Shown: one piece after another, positions 11,886 to 24,300 of the stretch
Layout: each line of letters starts with the position of its first letter
Numbering within the stretch: position 1 is the first letter of the stretch
Assembly: GCA_051362555.1 (NCBI GenBank)
Contig: CM120640.1
Location: 16,058,001-16,122,000 of the forward strand
Source: Lingula anatina
Lineage: Eukaryota > Animalia > Brachiopoda
DNA: 64,000 nt
Direction: 5' to 3'
The notes under the pieces: model-generated
The model's input: only the letters and a program-made list of their open reading frames with translations
Database searches by the model: none
Told to the model about the DNA's origin: nothing
Made by a program: the position numbers and the translations under genes

Positions 11886-12625
11886 ATGGAGGTGATAGAT
11901 GAGAATGCTTCTATGCTAAGCAATTTTGAGATTTACACTCTGTTAAAAGATATTCAGCAAGGACAACACGGGCAGAAAAAACCAAGCAAACAGCAGCAGC
12001 AGCTTTCCACCATTTCCTATGAAACAATCAAATACTTAGAGAAAACACCCTGCAAGCATCAAAGCCCAGAAATTATTGCTGACTTTATCAAGGCATTGGA
12101 GCCCTTCAAGCTGAGTAAAGCTGAAAAGATACAGCTGCTAAACCAAAGACCCTCCACTGCTGTAGAAATCCAGTTACTGATCGAGGAAAGTGAAGAGAGA
12201 CTGACAGAGGAACAGATTGAACAGCTTTTGGATTTGATTCTCAGTAAGTGGCAATTTTTTAAACAATACTGATAAGTTATGTTATGTTTTTACTTGTTTT
12301 TTTTTTTTTTTCTTTCTTTTTGGTCACGTATTTGTAATCACAGTCTCTTTAACTCTTATCTTTCGATCAGAAAGAATATCTCCCCTTAAAGGGTCTTTAA
12401 AGTAAAAAAAAATTATTTGAATGTTTAGATTTTTACAGTACTTCACTACAGAATTTCAATTTGTCTTTGTGTCTGATAGAGAGTATGTCACTGTTAAAGA
12501 TCTGCATTCCTTTAAGTTTTTGCTTGAATAATTAAATAATATTTGTACTTTTTTCAGATACACTCCCAGGAGACGAGACAGCTGAAGATTGTAGCGGGAA
12601 CGAACCAATGGAAGAGCAGTCTTGA
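11886..12625 (+). CDS. CRCP: DNA-directed RNA polymerase III subunit RPC9 / CGRP receptor component protein (~140 aa)
   Basis: Exons 11886-12243 and 12558-12625 (phase 1, GT-AG). MEVIDENASMLSNFEIYTLL..LSTISYETIKYLEKTPCKHQSPE..LSKAEKIQLLNQRPSTAVEIQLLIEESEERLTEEQIEQLL matches the RPC9/Rpb4-family signature. Confidence 0.93.
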
Positions 12626-15600
12626 TGACCACAGAGATTAGTTAAAAAGGACACAAAGTAAATAATACAGAGACCTGTGAAGTAGTCTGACTGATTCTGT
12701 TAGGAGAGACTGAGTTGAGACAACAACAATCATTACTGCGTTGAGTAATAATACTCCCAGACCATAGCATAGACCACTGATCTCAAGTGAAGACAGTCAT
12801 TATTGAAGCTAAGGATAATTCCCACTTTTTGATATCCAGCTAACTTTATCAGGTGATCCAAGCACACATTCCACGGTGTAAACTGTGCACAAACCTCTAG
12901 ACTTTTCATTACATTGTATAGCCACAGCCAGCATAATGTTGGAGTTGGACCTAGAGTCCCAGCTTGTGTACTATGTCATTGTGATCCCTATTACTGTCAT
13001 CATTGTGGCCTTGTATTCCTACATGGCCTGGTTTGGCAGGCAAATGTATGCTAGTAATGGGTAGTGGACAGGCCAAGGAAATAGGACAAGGGTTAAGTAA
13101 GGCAAAGTCAATTGATGTGAAGATAACATCTCGCAAGTCATTTGGTGTGGGTTTCACGAAAAAACTTATATTAAGAAAAATTGGTCTAAGTTTTTAAACC
13201 AGAAATCTAGTCTAGTTGAAGATAAATCCAGAGCAATCCACTTAAATAGTTTTTGTGTGAAACATTGTCCCTCTTGTTTTGAAATTGGGTGCAGTATTTC
13301 ATATTACTACTGATTTTTCTTGGGTCACGGTGGTTTAAATTTTGGTTTCAAGAGTTTGGAACAATTTTCGGGCTCAAGTAATTTTGTGGAATGCCCTTGA
13401 TTTATAGTCATTGTAAGTGGAATCTTTCTATCTTTGAAAAATTTTAAGATGGTGGTTTTTGAGTGAATCTTGTATTCAGTACAATGAAGAGTGTTGTGTC
13501 CTGTCCAATGAGTCCTAATCATCTTTTACCTTTTTATATATGCACTGAATAGTAATAAGTATGAAATAAGTTTTCAAAGAAGAAAACCTATTCTTTATTT
13601 TATTCTAGTGAGACATATTGCCCAGGTTAATGCATTTCAGTTTGCAAGAAAAAGAAGTTCAAGATACGTTACACCAGCACCAAAGCACAAAAGTCTAACA
13701 GTACTGCATCTCGTGAAAAAAAGACATTAAATGATGTTACCACATCAATAACAACACCTGCCAGATCGACCGACTAAAGGTGCTTTTTTTTTCTTTTGGT
13801 AAACTATGGAAGATAGCCAGGAATGAGTCATTGTAAGACATAGTAGTTCCACCTGAACATGTTTAATGTATTTTTGCCTATGGCTTGTAGAGAGTTCGTC
13901 ACCAACCACTCGCTCGCTACTATGTATCATTCTACACATGTCTCTATAGTTAGACGTTATTACTTACAAATCCAGATTTTCTTTTTGTTAATATATGATA
14001 TTTATCTATTTACTTTTGATGGTTAGATGGCCCTATAAGATGGCCTAACGTGCCTGGTGCTTTTGTGTACATTCATGTCGAAAAGATTATGGTTTGTAAG
14101 TGATGGTATTGGTTTTTTGTGTTTATAAAGAGCCACAGGTAGACATTTTTGAAATTTTTAATTCACCTTGCAAGATCTAATTTAAAACGTTGCATTCACT
14201 ATTTATAGTACTAGCATTTCATTCGTTTTCTTATTCAAATATTCTGCAATACGGGCCTTTGATCAGCAGATTCAGAGATCGAATTCTACATGGTGTCATG
14301 GTCAGCAACCTCGGACATTTGGTATTGAACCAGATGTTAATGGGAAAAGGAATATTTCATTGTTTGAGGACGTGTTGGTCACAGGTCCCCAACGTACTAC
14401 AAGCAGTCAAAACATTTTTATGTTCCTCCTTTTTTGTTTACTTCACTATGTGATATGATTTAGTTACAAGTTATAACTGGGCACCTTTGTTGTGGTATTA
14501 TTATCACAAAATCTTAATTATGTAAATAAAATATCAGAAAATATGGCGAACTGTTTTCAGTATGTTACTTCTGCTATATTACGTTATCGGAAACACGATG
14601 TATTGGACGATAAATTTTGCTATTATAATGCGACACCTTGTTCAGGAGGTAAATGAACCTACCCTCAATATATTAATTCTATCCAAGTCTGTATATCATT
14701 AATGTAAATGTAAATCTAAAAACAGGTTTGAGAGGAAAGGAGAAATTGGAGGGAGCGACATTCAGGAAACCCTCGCTTCTGGACGGAAACGCAATCAAGA
14801 TCGCATGTAAGACACGTTGGCTTTGATGTTGTAAACCAGTAGCGCTGGTTTTGTACCCGCTACTTCACCAGTCACGAGCACTATTGTTTTCGAGCTCTTG
14901 GTTGACGCATATATATATGTAAGCTTACTCTATCAATAACTCTCTGCGAAAAGTCACTCCATACATAGCCCGACGCGAGTTCACTTCATTTTAAAATTCC
15001 CTTACACGGCTATATCTCCCAAGAAGCGTGCATATATGGAAATTTGAAAATAAAGAAGCTGGCACCATCGGGTCTGGAGCACATAGTGAATATAGAAAAA
15101 GGGGTTTGAATTTGATTAAAATGTCTTATGTGATGTGAGACACTTAAAATGCAAGACAACAGTTGATCTTAAATTTAAAAGCCGACAGTTGTGGCCCATT
15201 TTCGTCCGGAATAATACAGAAGTCAGGGTGGTTGTAAATTTTCGATCTTGAAAATAAGACCAACTTTATGTTCGGAAGACGGGGTAGGTTTACTGGTCTT
15301 AGGTCAAGAGTGACCGAGTTCATAGGTACGTGAAGTCAAAGGCCACACTGTTCAACCTCAAGGACATCCTACCTATCGAAAATACAATATCACGCGATGC
15401 TATCTAAGGCAAAGTTGTTACCAGTTATGTCCAAGACGGGTAATTGACCATCATTCATAAACCTCAAGAAAATTTAGGATAAGTTTTACTAAACTTGTTG
15501 ATATTTGGTTACAATTTTTTTTTCGGGACTAGAAGCACATTGCCTAACGCGATTTTTAGTACTTGTTAATTTTTTCCCTATTGTCAGCACTCCAGGTGCC

Positions 15601-17325
15601 AATAAAATACTTCATTAACAACTGGAATTAAAATTGAGTCATCAGCAATGATGTAAAGATACCTTGCTAGAGGTAAAACTATTAACATGGTACCAATCTG
15701 TTTAGATAGAAAAACATTCACTGCCTGTTTAGAATAAAAATGTTCGTTGCCGCTCGCTCTTAATCACATTTATTTCGTAACTTGAATTTGAAAATATAGA
15801 TATAGTTTATCCCACTCTTTGACAAGCGTGTTAATGCAGTAAGTCCCAAAGTCACGCGGCCGTCCATGTGCCTTCCCCCACGGGCAGTGTCTTGTTGCAA
15901 ATGTACAAGGGTACTTTTCCATAGATGAGCGTCTGACCGGAAGATGAACTGTAAAGAAAAAAAGATAGGTTCAATAATAGGGACAGTTTACTGGGTAACA
16001 AAATATGTGTAAACCATAAATTATGTTGTTTACCGTGCTGTGTTCGTCGTCTTCTTTTTATAGGAACTATCAGCAATGTAATTTCCTTATGATGCTGGAA
16101 TGTGTCTTCTTTGTCAGTTCTCTTTTTCTGGCGCCGTGAGTATAATCTAATATGCTTGATGAAATTTTAAAAGATTTTTTTCTGTTTTCTTTAGCATACC
16201 TTTCTATATCATAGCAATTTAATCACCAGAGAAAGGGACTCAATGAAATAGATTGATCCAACGGACTTAGAAAGTATGACGTAAAAAGACCGTTATTCAA
16301 TCAAATATTGCATAACAACTGAAATGTAGCGAAATAACTTCGTCTTTTTGCTATTTAACTCAACCCTTTCCTCAGTTTGGCCACGTAGTGTATTAATTCC
16401 TTTTCTTCCTCACGAAACAAAAACGTGATGTTACCCGTCATTTTTTTTTCACGTGGCATTGAGAACGAGGTCACTCTCTGGAACACGTTTCATTCATTCA
16501 TTCATTTTTTTTGTATTGTCGTAAACATGTTGTGGACAATTTTATATGTTATGGTCATTCACCTACTCGTATCTCAATTTAAGTATATGTTTCAGTGTGG
16601 TGACACGTCCCTTTGAAAAGAAGTGGGGCGTGGTGACATACGGAACGGTTGGTGGGTGACCGTCCACGCGTAAACCTCGTGTGCGAACCTCTTACCATAC
16701 CTTCCAACGCTCCGGGTCATAAATTACATTTGCAAATCTGAAAAAAAAAAAACAATAACGAAAATTATACAGAATAAATTATCGCATGGATCTTCTTAAT
16801 TCGTCAATAAATGTCAGTGAAACGGAGGCAAACTTTATATAGCGTTCGCGTCTAAGCAATGCTCCCATAGTGTGATTTTGCCGAAGTTACAGGGCAGGTA
16901 AGGTATACGTCATCTTGGGAGGTATAAAACCCGAGACGTTCAAGTATACGGCACATTATAGTCTTGACACCCGGCGTGTATGGGGGAGAACAGGTGAAGA
17001 ATAGGGTCGCACACTCAGGTGGGCTATTTTCATCGTTATATTTGTTTGTTTCCTTTGTTTATTTACAAATATGCCGTACTCAAGTGTATATATTTGTATC
17101 ATCTTAATAAGTATACAAAATTGTTTTTATTTTGTTTGTTTTTTGTTTCATATTTCTATTTATTTATTTTTCTTTATTTTCTTTATCGTATTCTTTTATA
17201 ATATTTATTTTTAAGCATAAATCTGTACATATTTATTGATGTGCATTTAAGATCAAAAGACAAACAACATTTATTGCTAGGTATCTTACCAGTTAAAAGT
17301 GGTGTTGTCACATTTTTACAGAACA

Positions 17326-20300
17326 ATGGAGGATATTTACATTGAGCAGCAACAACAGTTTGCAGATTCTTCTGTTCGCAAGAGAGGTGTTTCAGACCCA
17401 TCCAAATTACAAGTGGACCGACCAGTCTTCACCCAGAAAGAGTTCGATGATGGCTACGACTTTCATGAAGACGAAAAGAAGACACTGAAAGAGCGCTTGC
17501 GAGCCTGCAAAAGACGCTGCTGCTTCTCGTCTGGCAAAAAAACGCGCGATTTCTTCCTCAGGTTATTCCCGTTTATTTCCTTGGTCAGAAACTACAAATT
17601 CCCGGACTGGATTCCAGGTGATATCATCTCGGGGCTGACGGTGGGCGTGCTGCAACTTCCGCAGGGTAAGTGAACGAAAAGCAGGCGTTTTCCGAGCGAC
17701 CTATCACTTGTAATGCTTTAGATTGTCATTAAAACACACCAGTTGTAATTTGAGTTGATAAAAAAATTATTTTGGTTATTATTAATTTTCTTCTTCTTCT
17801 TCTTCTTCTTCTTCTCCTCCTCCTCCTCCTCTTTATAGAACACATTCTGTAATTTTTCGAATTTAAAACGTATATTGGACGAGCTATTTATCGAATACGA
17901 TTGCGGTAAGAAATATTAGTGTTATTGTCTCATTTCACTAAAAGGGCAATTTAGATACATCTCTATATATTTTACGCTTCACAAAATATCTTTAGTTGTA
18001 AATTGTAACCAATGGACATTTTCGATTTGGCCAGGTTTAGTTATTCAGTCCGCCTTGGGGGCAAAATTTGACTGATTTCGTGATATCCGTTTCGTTTTGA
18101 TTATCTAAACAGTATATTGCGCCGGATCATTACACCCCGAAAAAGGGTGGCTTGAAGAAATTTGTCATGAACACAAAATATGGCAATTGAGCAAACAATG
18201 CGATTTAAGCCTTAGTTCGGAACATACCCATTAACAAAAACTGACGAACAGACGGGCATGCAGGAAAGGACGCACGCGCGCACACGCACTCACACAGAAA
18301 CACGCACACGCGTACCAAGAGAGAGAGAGAGAGAGAGGGAGAGATAGGGTGAGAGATCGTCCTTTTCACTGTATACTCACACAACGACAACGGTGCAAAT
18401 GAGATATACCTTGAACAAAAAGGTACACTTACGTTGTCAACAATCAATCAAATCTATCGAGACCGAGACAACGGTAACAGGGCTTTTATCAATGAAAGAT
18501 ACAGCCGCTAAGTAAATCCCTCCCAACACGCACGAATGCCTACTGAAAGAAGGACATTGTTATACTAGCAACTATCAAAACTTCCTTTAAAATAATGAAA
18601 ATGTCCGTCGTTAGTAAAAAGCTTTTTTTCGTAAATGTGTTGAGTTGCTTGCACGTCGTTTTATCCCGAAAATTCGTAGAATGATGGAGAATGGTATTTT
18701 TCCCGATAATGCACTGTGGTTTTGCTATTTCCTTTTTTTTTTTCATTACCGCACAAAATTACGTTGTGCTTCAAAAAATTAAAGGACATACGTTAATTGA
18801 AAAAAATAACCATTTATATCGCATTTTAAAAGCTCGTAACAAGGATAGGCAGGCAAGAAGGAACCTTTTGATCCATTATTTTCGATTGTCCATGGTATTT
18901 GTTTTTTGTTTAATTTTTAAAACTTTCATCTTTTTGTTACATTTCATGAAGTTTATGAAATTTGTCCTTTTTGTCTGTGTAATTAATTTATTTTCTATTT
19001 CAGGTGTTGCGTACTCCTTGCTGGCCAGTTTGCCACCAATCAACGGCCTCTACGTATCGTTTTTTCCTCCACTCCTTTACTTTTTTATGGGGACCTCAAG
19101 ACATGCGTCTGTAGGCAAGTTAACGGCGTGTACACCCACTTTGTTCTTAATATTCTTATGTCATAATTCTAATGCCTTTTCAGAACAACTTAATTTCGAT
19201 TATGAAGACCATTTTTATTGCATCACATCACGCGATTTTTGAGAACGGCATGGCCAACCTTAAGTTCTGAAACAGTCCAAGGTCGGTCGTTGCATAAGCT
19301 CAGCTAATCATTCAACATTTTCAGTCAGTGCTTTTTTTCTGAACAATGCCACTTCTGCTACGCTTGCGCAAGATGGATAGATTAATGTTCAAAACAAAGA
19401 ATACTTTGTGGATTGGTACTGTCCGTAGATGTTGCGCGTCGTTACGTGTGGTGCAAAAAAAGACAAAAGCTCTCTTTGATTGCACGCACCTAGCAATAGT
19501 AACGATGTCAAGATCTTAGACACGGTGTCTAACGAAGACGGAGATATACTGTTTTAATTGATTAATAACAAAATGCACGTTATACTCTTTCATTTGCCAT
19601 AACTAAATGGAATTACGCATGCTTGTTTGAAGTACCTGTCACGTTTCACAAGAGTGCATCTAGTAATATGCAAACGTTGGTTCGACGAAGGTTGAATGAA
19701 GGTTAAAGAAAATACAAAGTTGGAAAAATAGATATAAAGAAGTATTAAAATTTCTATTCATCACGAAATAATGAAATGATGGAAAAGAAAAAAAACATAA
19801 GGACACTAAATTTAAAAAAAATCATTAAAAATGAAAGAAAACATGTTTGTAAGAGAAGTTTTTTCGTTATCCAGGCACGATGGGCGTGACCTCCATTATG
19901 GTAGGGTCCGTAGTGGACCGGGAGGTGCTCAACTACTTCAGCCACATCAACAACACACTGGACCACTACAACGACGACCAAGACATGACGCAGTTTAAAC
20001 TGGGCGTGGCCACAGCTATCACATTCCTGGCAGGAGTTTGGCAGGTAAGGCGTGTGTGTGTGCGTGTGTGCGCGCGCGCGTGCGAGCACGCGCCAGTGGT
20101 ATATGTGCGGATGGGGCGGGTACACATGTAGGTGCATAGCACAACTGACTCTTGCTTTAAATTATTATTATTATTATTATTATTATATGCAAGTTCAACC
20201 CAGTTTTACAATATCTCTAGTAGTCGACTTTCAATCAACTACTCTGACCACAAAAAAACAGATTATTTTCTTACTTTAGATGCTGATGTGGATCAGTGGT

Positions 20301-21273
20301 CTGTCCCTAGTGGTGGACTACCTCTCTGACACCGTGATCAGTGCGTTTACCTGCGCTGCCTCCATCCACGTCATCTCGTCCCAGCTGAAGTATATATTTG
20401 GCGTCGATATACAGAGACACGCGGAGCCGCTCAAGTTGGTAAAAGTAAGTCTAATGTGAAATAAAAAACGGAGCCGCTCAAGTTGGTAAAAGTAAGTCTA
20501 ATGTGAAATAAAAAAAGGTTCGTGTCTGTGTTGGGGGGGGGGGGGGGGAGGGGGGGGGGAATAAAATCTTTCTCGTTGTGTGGACATTCGAGGAAATTTC
20601 AAAAGAAAATCAGCCCTTCATTGCTATCATTTTTGCAAAATTTAAGAAGCAGTTGTCGCTTTTTTATGAGATAAGTTGGTGTCACAGCTTTTTTCTGTCA
20701 CATTATTAGTGCAAAACAAAAAGGATAAAAAATAATGTTAACCAACATCTTCTGAGGGACAAGAAGAAAGTTTGCTTTCTTCAACATTATTATTTTTAAT
20801 ATTAATGATAATGATAGTAATAGGCAACTTTCTAGACAGGAATGAATTATAATCATAAAGATGTTATATTATAATTATATCTGATTTTCCTTGTAGACGT
20901 ACAAAGACATCGTCCTAAACCTGTTCAATACCAATGTATCAGAGCTGGTGATCTCGCTAATCTGTATTGCCAGCCTGGTCATAGTGAAGGAGTGCATTAA
21001 CGCCAGGTGTAGGAGGTCCAAACTCAAGGTGAAGATACCCGTCCCTGTGGATCTCATCGTGGTATGTAAGATATATATACATATATGGTCTACCTATCCT
21101 ATGCTCAAATATAAAAAAGTAAATGCCTGTCACTGCGGATCTGATTGTTGTACACCAACTAATAAATATGGTCTACCCATCCTTGGCTCAGATTTAGGAA
21201 GTAAATGCCTCGGGATCTCACTGTGGTAAGGAACAGGTTCGCCCTCCAATCCTATACCCATATTTAGAGAGTG

Positions 21274-21323
<50 letters not shown>

Positions 21324-24300
21324 AAATTAAATTGATGAATACGGCGTACAGCAACTTGACTTGCTTATGAACATGTGAAATCCGACAGTCATATTTTGAA
21401 ACGTTTCTACAAAATGGTCACATTGAACCACTAATTACCTAGGCAAAAAGGAAATAAACATGATTTATTTATTACAATTCTTCATTTGTTGTTTTAATAG
21501 TGTTTATATAAAGTCTGAATAAATGAATGAAGTAAGAAAAAATCAAACAAGATATCAAAGAATACATACAGATCAAAGATTCTCTTACCTTCTGTGAAAA
21601 GAGACAGACTGTTTACTTCCCTGTAAATAATTACAAGCAAAATCAAAAGATAAATATAATTGAAATTAAAAATGAAAATAAATAAATAAATGGAGCTAAA
21701 CCCACTGTTTCTTTCCCCTTTTAAGGTAGTTGCAGGCACTGTGATTTGTTACAGTCTGGACATGTCGGAACAGTTTGGGGTGGCAATAGTGGAGGACATT
21801 CCAACAGGGTGAGACCTGACAGGCCATCTGTGACTTCTCTGTCACACAATGTCTACCCTTTGTTCCTCTTGGTGGCGCTCAGACAGTCTGGTTCATTTTG
21901 TTGTGATGTTATGCATGAGACGACAAAATGTCTCATTCCCTTTACGCTCTCACCTGATGGTGCCAGCTGACATCATGTAAAAGATGTTCTTGCATGCAAA
22001 AGAATGTTGCCTCTTCCATAAAATGTATTGCTCAAGGTTGAAGCATTTAATCATTTCATACTTGAAGGATGTATGCCATTGCAGCACCATTCATAATTTG
22101 CATTAAAAACAATGACTCACAAAGCATTTAATAGTATTTGAGTTCCCATTCAGGTTTTTTTTTTTTTTTTTTTTATAATTGAGCCATTGCAACAACTAGG
22201 AGTTTTATGGTATAATGGACTTAAAACAACAAATGATTTTACTGAAAATTTTATGGTCTGTTTAAAACTTTTATAAAGAACTCTTCTTTATTTCATGATA
22301 ATAAGAGTATGTTTAAAGAAAATTTTTAAGAAAATGTTTAAATTTGTTCATCTCTTTTTTTTATTCTAGCATTCCAGTCCCCAAACTCCCACCCCCTGAA
22401 TACCTCATTAGCATTAGGTTCATAATCGATTCATTTAGCCTGGCTGTGGTTGGGTTTGCCATCTCTATCTCCATGGGCAAATATCTGGCTAAGCTGCATG
22501 ATTATGAGATCGATGCTGAACAGGTACTTGGCCACCAGTCTATTTAATGCACTAATTTAGTATTTGATGAAAAATATTATTTATATGCTATTTTCTATTA
22601 AGGAATTTATGCTGAAAAATAAAACGTAATAGAAAAACAAAGATGAATTTTCTCATATGATATTAAAAAGTTGTTTTTTATTTTATTTTTTGTCAACAGT
22701 ATTGATTACACAGATTTTCCATTATTGTGATGTATGTCCATCTTTTGAATTTTCAACTTGTCAAAATGTAATTAATGCAACCGTATGTGTTTATTTACAT
22801 GGTACAGTATTGTGTATATTTTTTCATTCCCCAGGAACTGCTAGCCTATGGTTTGTGCAATACATTCAGTTCATTCTTTAACTGCTTTGCCAGCTGTACG
22901 TCACTGTCCAGAAGTTTGGTGCAAGAGTCAGCAGGAGGAAACTCTCAGGTATTGGGTCTATCTGTACTCTCTGACCACAGGGTCCTACTAGTAGTCTGTT
23001 CCAAAATTATAGTATCTGCCTATACTTTAATTTTGTATACTGTTTAAGAGGACCCTGATATCAGAGGCTAATCTAATTTGTATGTTGTTCAGTAGTTTTG
23101 TCAAAGAACGTGAAATGAATAAAATGATTTTATAAACTGACAGGTTGATATTCAGATTTTGAATCTGAATTGAATACAATATACTTGACATCTCTTGAAG
23201 TAATTAAAAAAAAAAAAAAACTATAAGTCTCTTGTTCTCTTTGTCTAGAAATTTATATTTTTTTGATAATTATTATTATGTACATCACTAAATATTTCCA
23301 ACTATTTGTGTTGAGGAAACTGTTCAGTGTCAGCAAGCTATATTTGTATTTTAAATTTAAAATTTAAACATTTCTGTGTAGTTTGCCAGTCTTCTAGCCT
23401 GTGGTGTGGTTCTGGTGGTGATGCTGTATGTAGGACCTCTCTTTTACTATCTCCCTAAGGTGAGACAACTTATAATTGTAATTAATGCCACATGTACAAA
23501 CTTAATGTGCTTACATATAACATTTATTTCAGCAATTTTTTGCAGTTTGTCAGTTATGATTATTTTTTATGATTTATGATTTATTTATGGTTATGTTTTT
23601 CTTCTTTAACCCTGCCCCCTACATTCCACACACATGCACGTACATGAACAAACCAACACACGTGCACGCACACACACACTGTTGGCTGATTTTTCATCCA
23701 TTTAGCAATTGCATTATGAACACAGTGATGATTTTTATGGATTATATTGTGGATTTGTATGGCTTTGATGTGGACTTGAACATCTTTCTACTTCAGTGTG
23801 TTCTTGCCTGTATTATTGTGGTTGCCATGAAAGGCATGTACATGCAGATGGGAGAACTGAGAGGACTGTGGAAAAAATCAAAATATGAATTTGTAAGTGC
23901 ATATTAAAAAAGTTACCAGCAAGGTAAAAATCAATAATGAAAACCATTTGCAAATTACTAATTAAACGTAATAATATAGTGAATTGATTTGCAGAGACTA
24001 AATATATGTTTTTAGGATGTTTCAGCTCTTCTTTTAATTCCTATACTATATTTACACAATAAACAGTGAAATTTCTATTTTACCATAACTTTTAATTTTA
24101 ATTTTTTTCCTAACTCTGATTGTTTGATTTTAAAAGGTAATTTGGCTGGTGACTTTCCAAGCTGTGGTGTTGCTAGGCAACGACATGGGGTTGATGGTGG
24201 GAGTGGGATTTGCTTTGATTACAGTTGTCTTTAGAACTCAAAGGTCTGTCTATTTATTTATTTATTTATTTATTACATTTATAGGGAAAGATTTTGGGTA

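Noticed and set aside
13147-13272. Possible Harbinger-type MITE remnant (GGTTTCACGAAAAAACT ... AGTTTTTGTGTGAAAC)
   Set aside because: Only a short imperfect inverted match with no clear TSD; too degraded to call.
18691-19003. Long hydrophobic N-terminal part of the 183-aa ORF
   Set aside because: Intronic T-rich sequence read through in frame; the real exon starts after TTTCAG at 19004.
20050-20095. Alternating purine-pyrimidine tract (possible Z-DNA), with a similar tract at ~18270-18315
   Set aside because: Common (GT/GC)n microsatellite with nothing indicating function.
21125-21322. Sequence followed by a 50-nt poly(A), a possible SINE or retrocopy
   Set aside because: No recognisable A/B boxes, TSD or coding homology could be established by eye.
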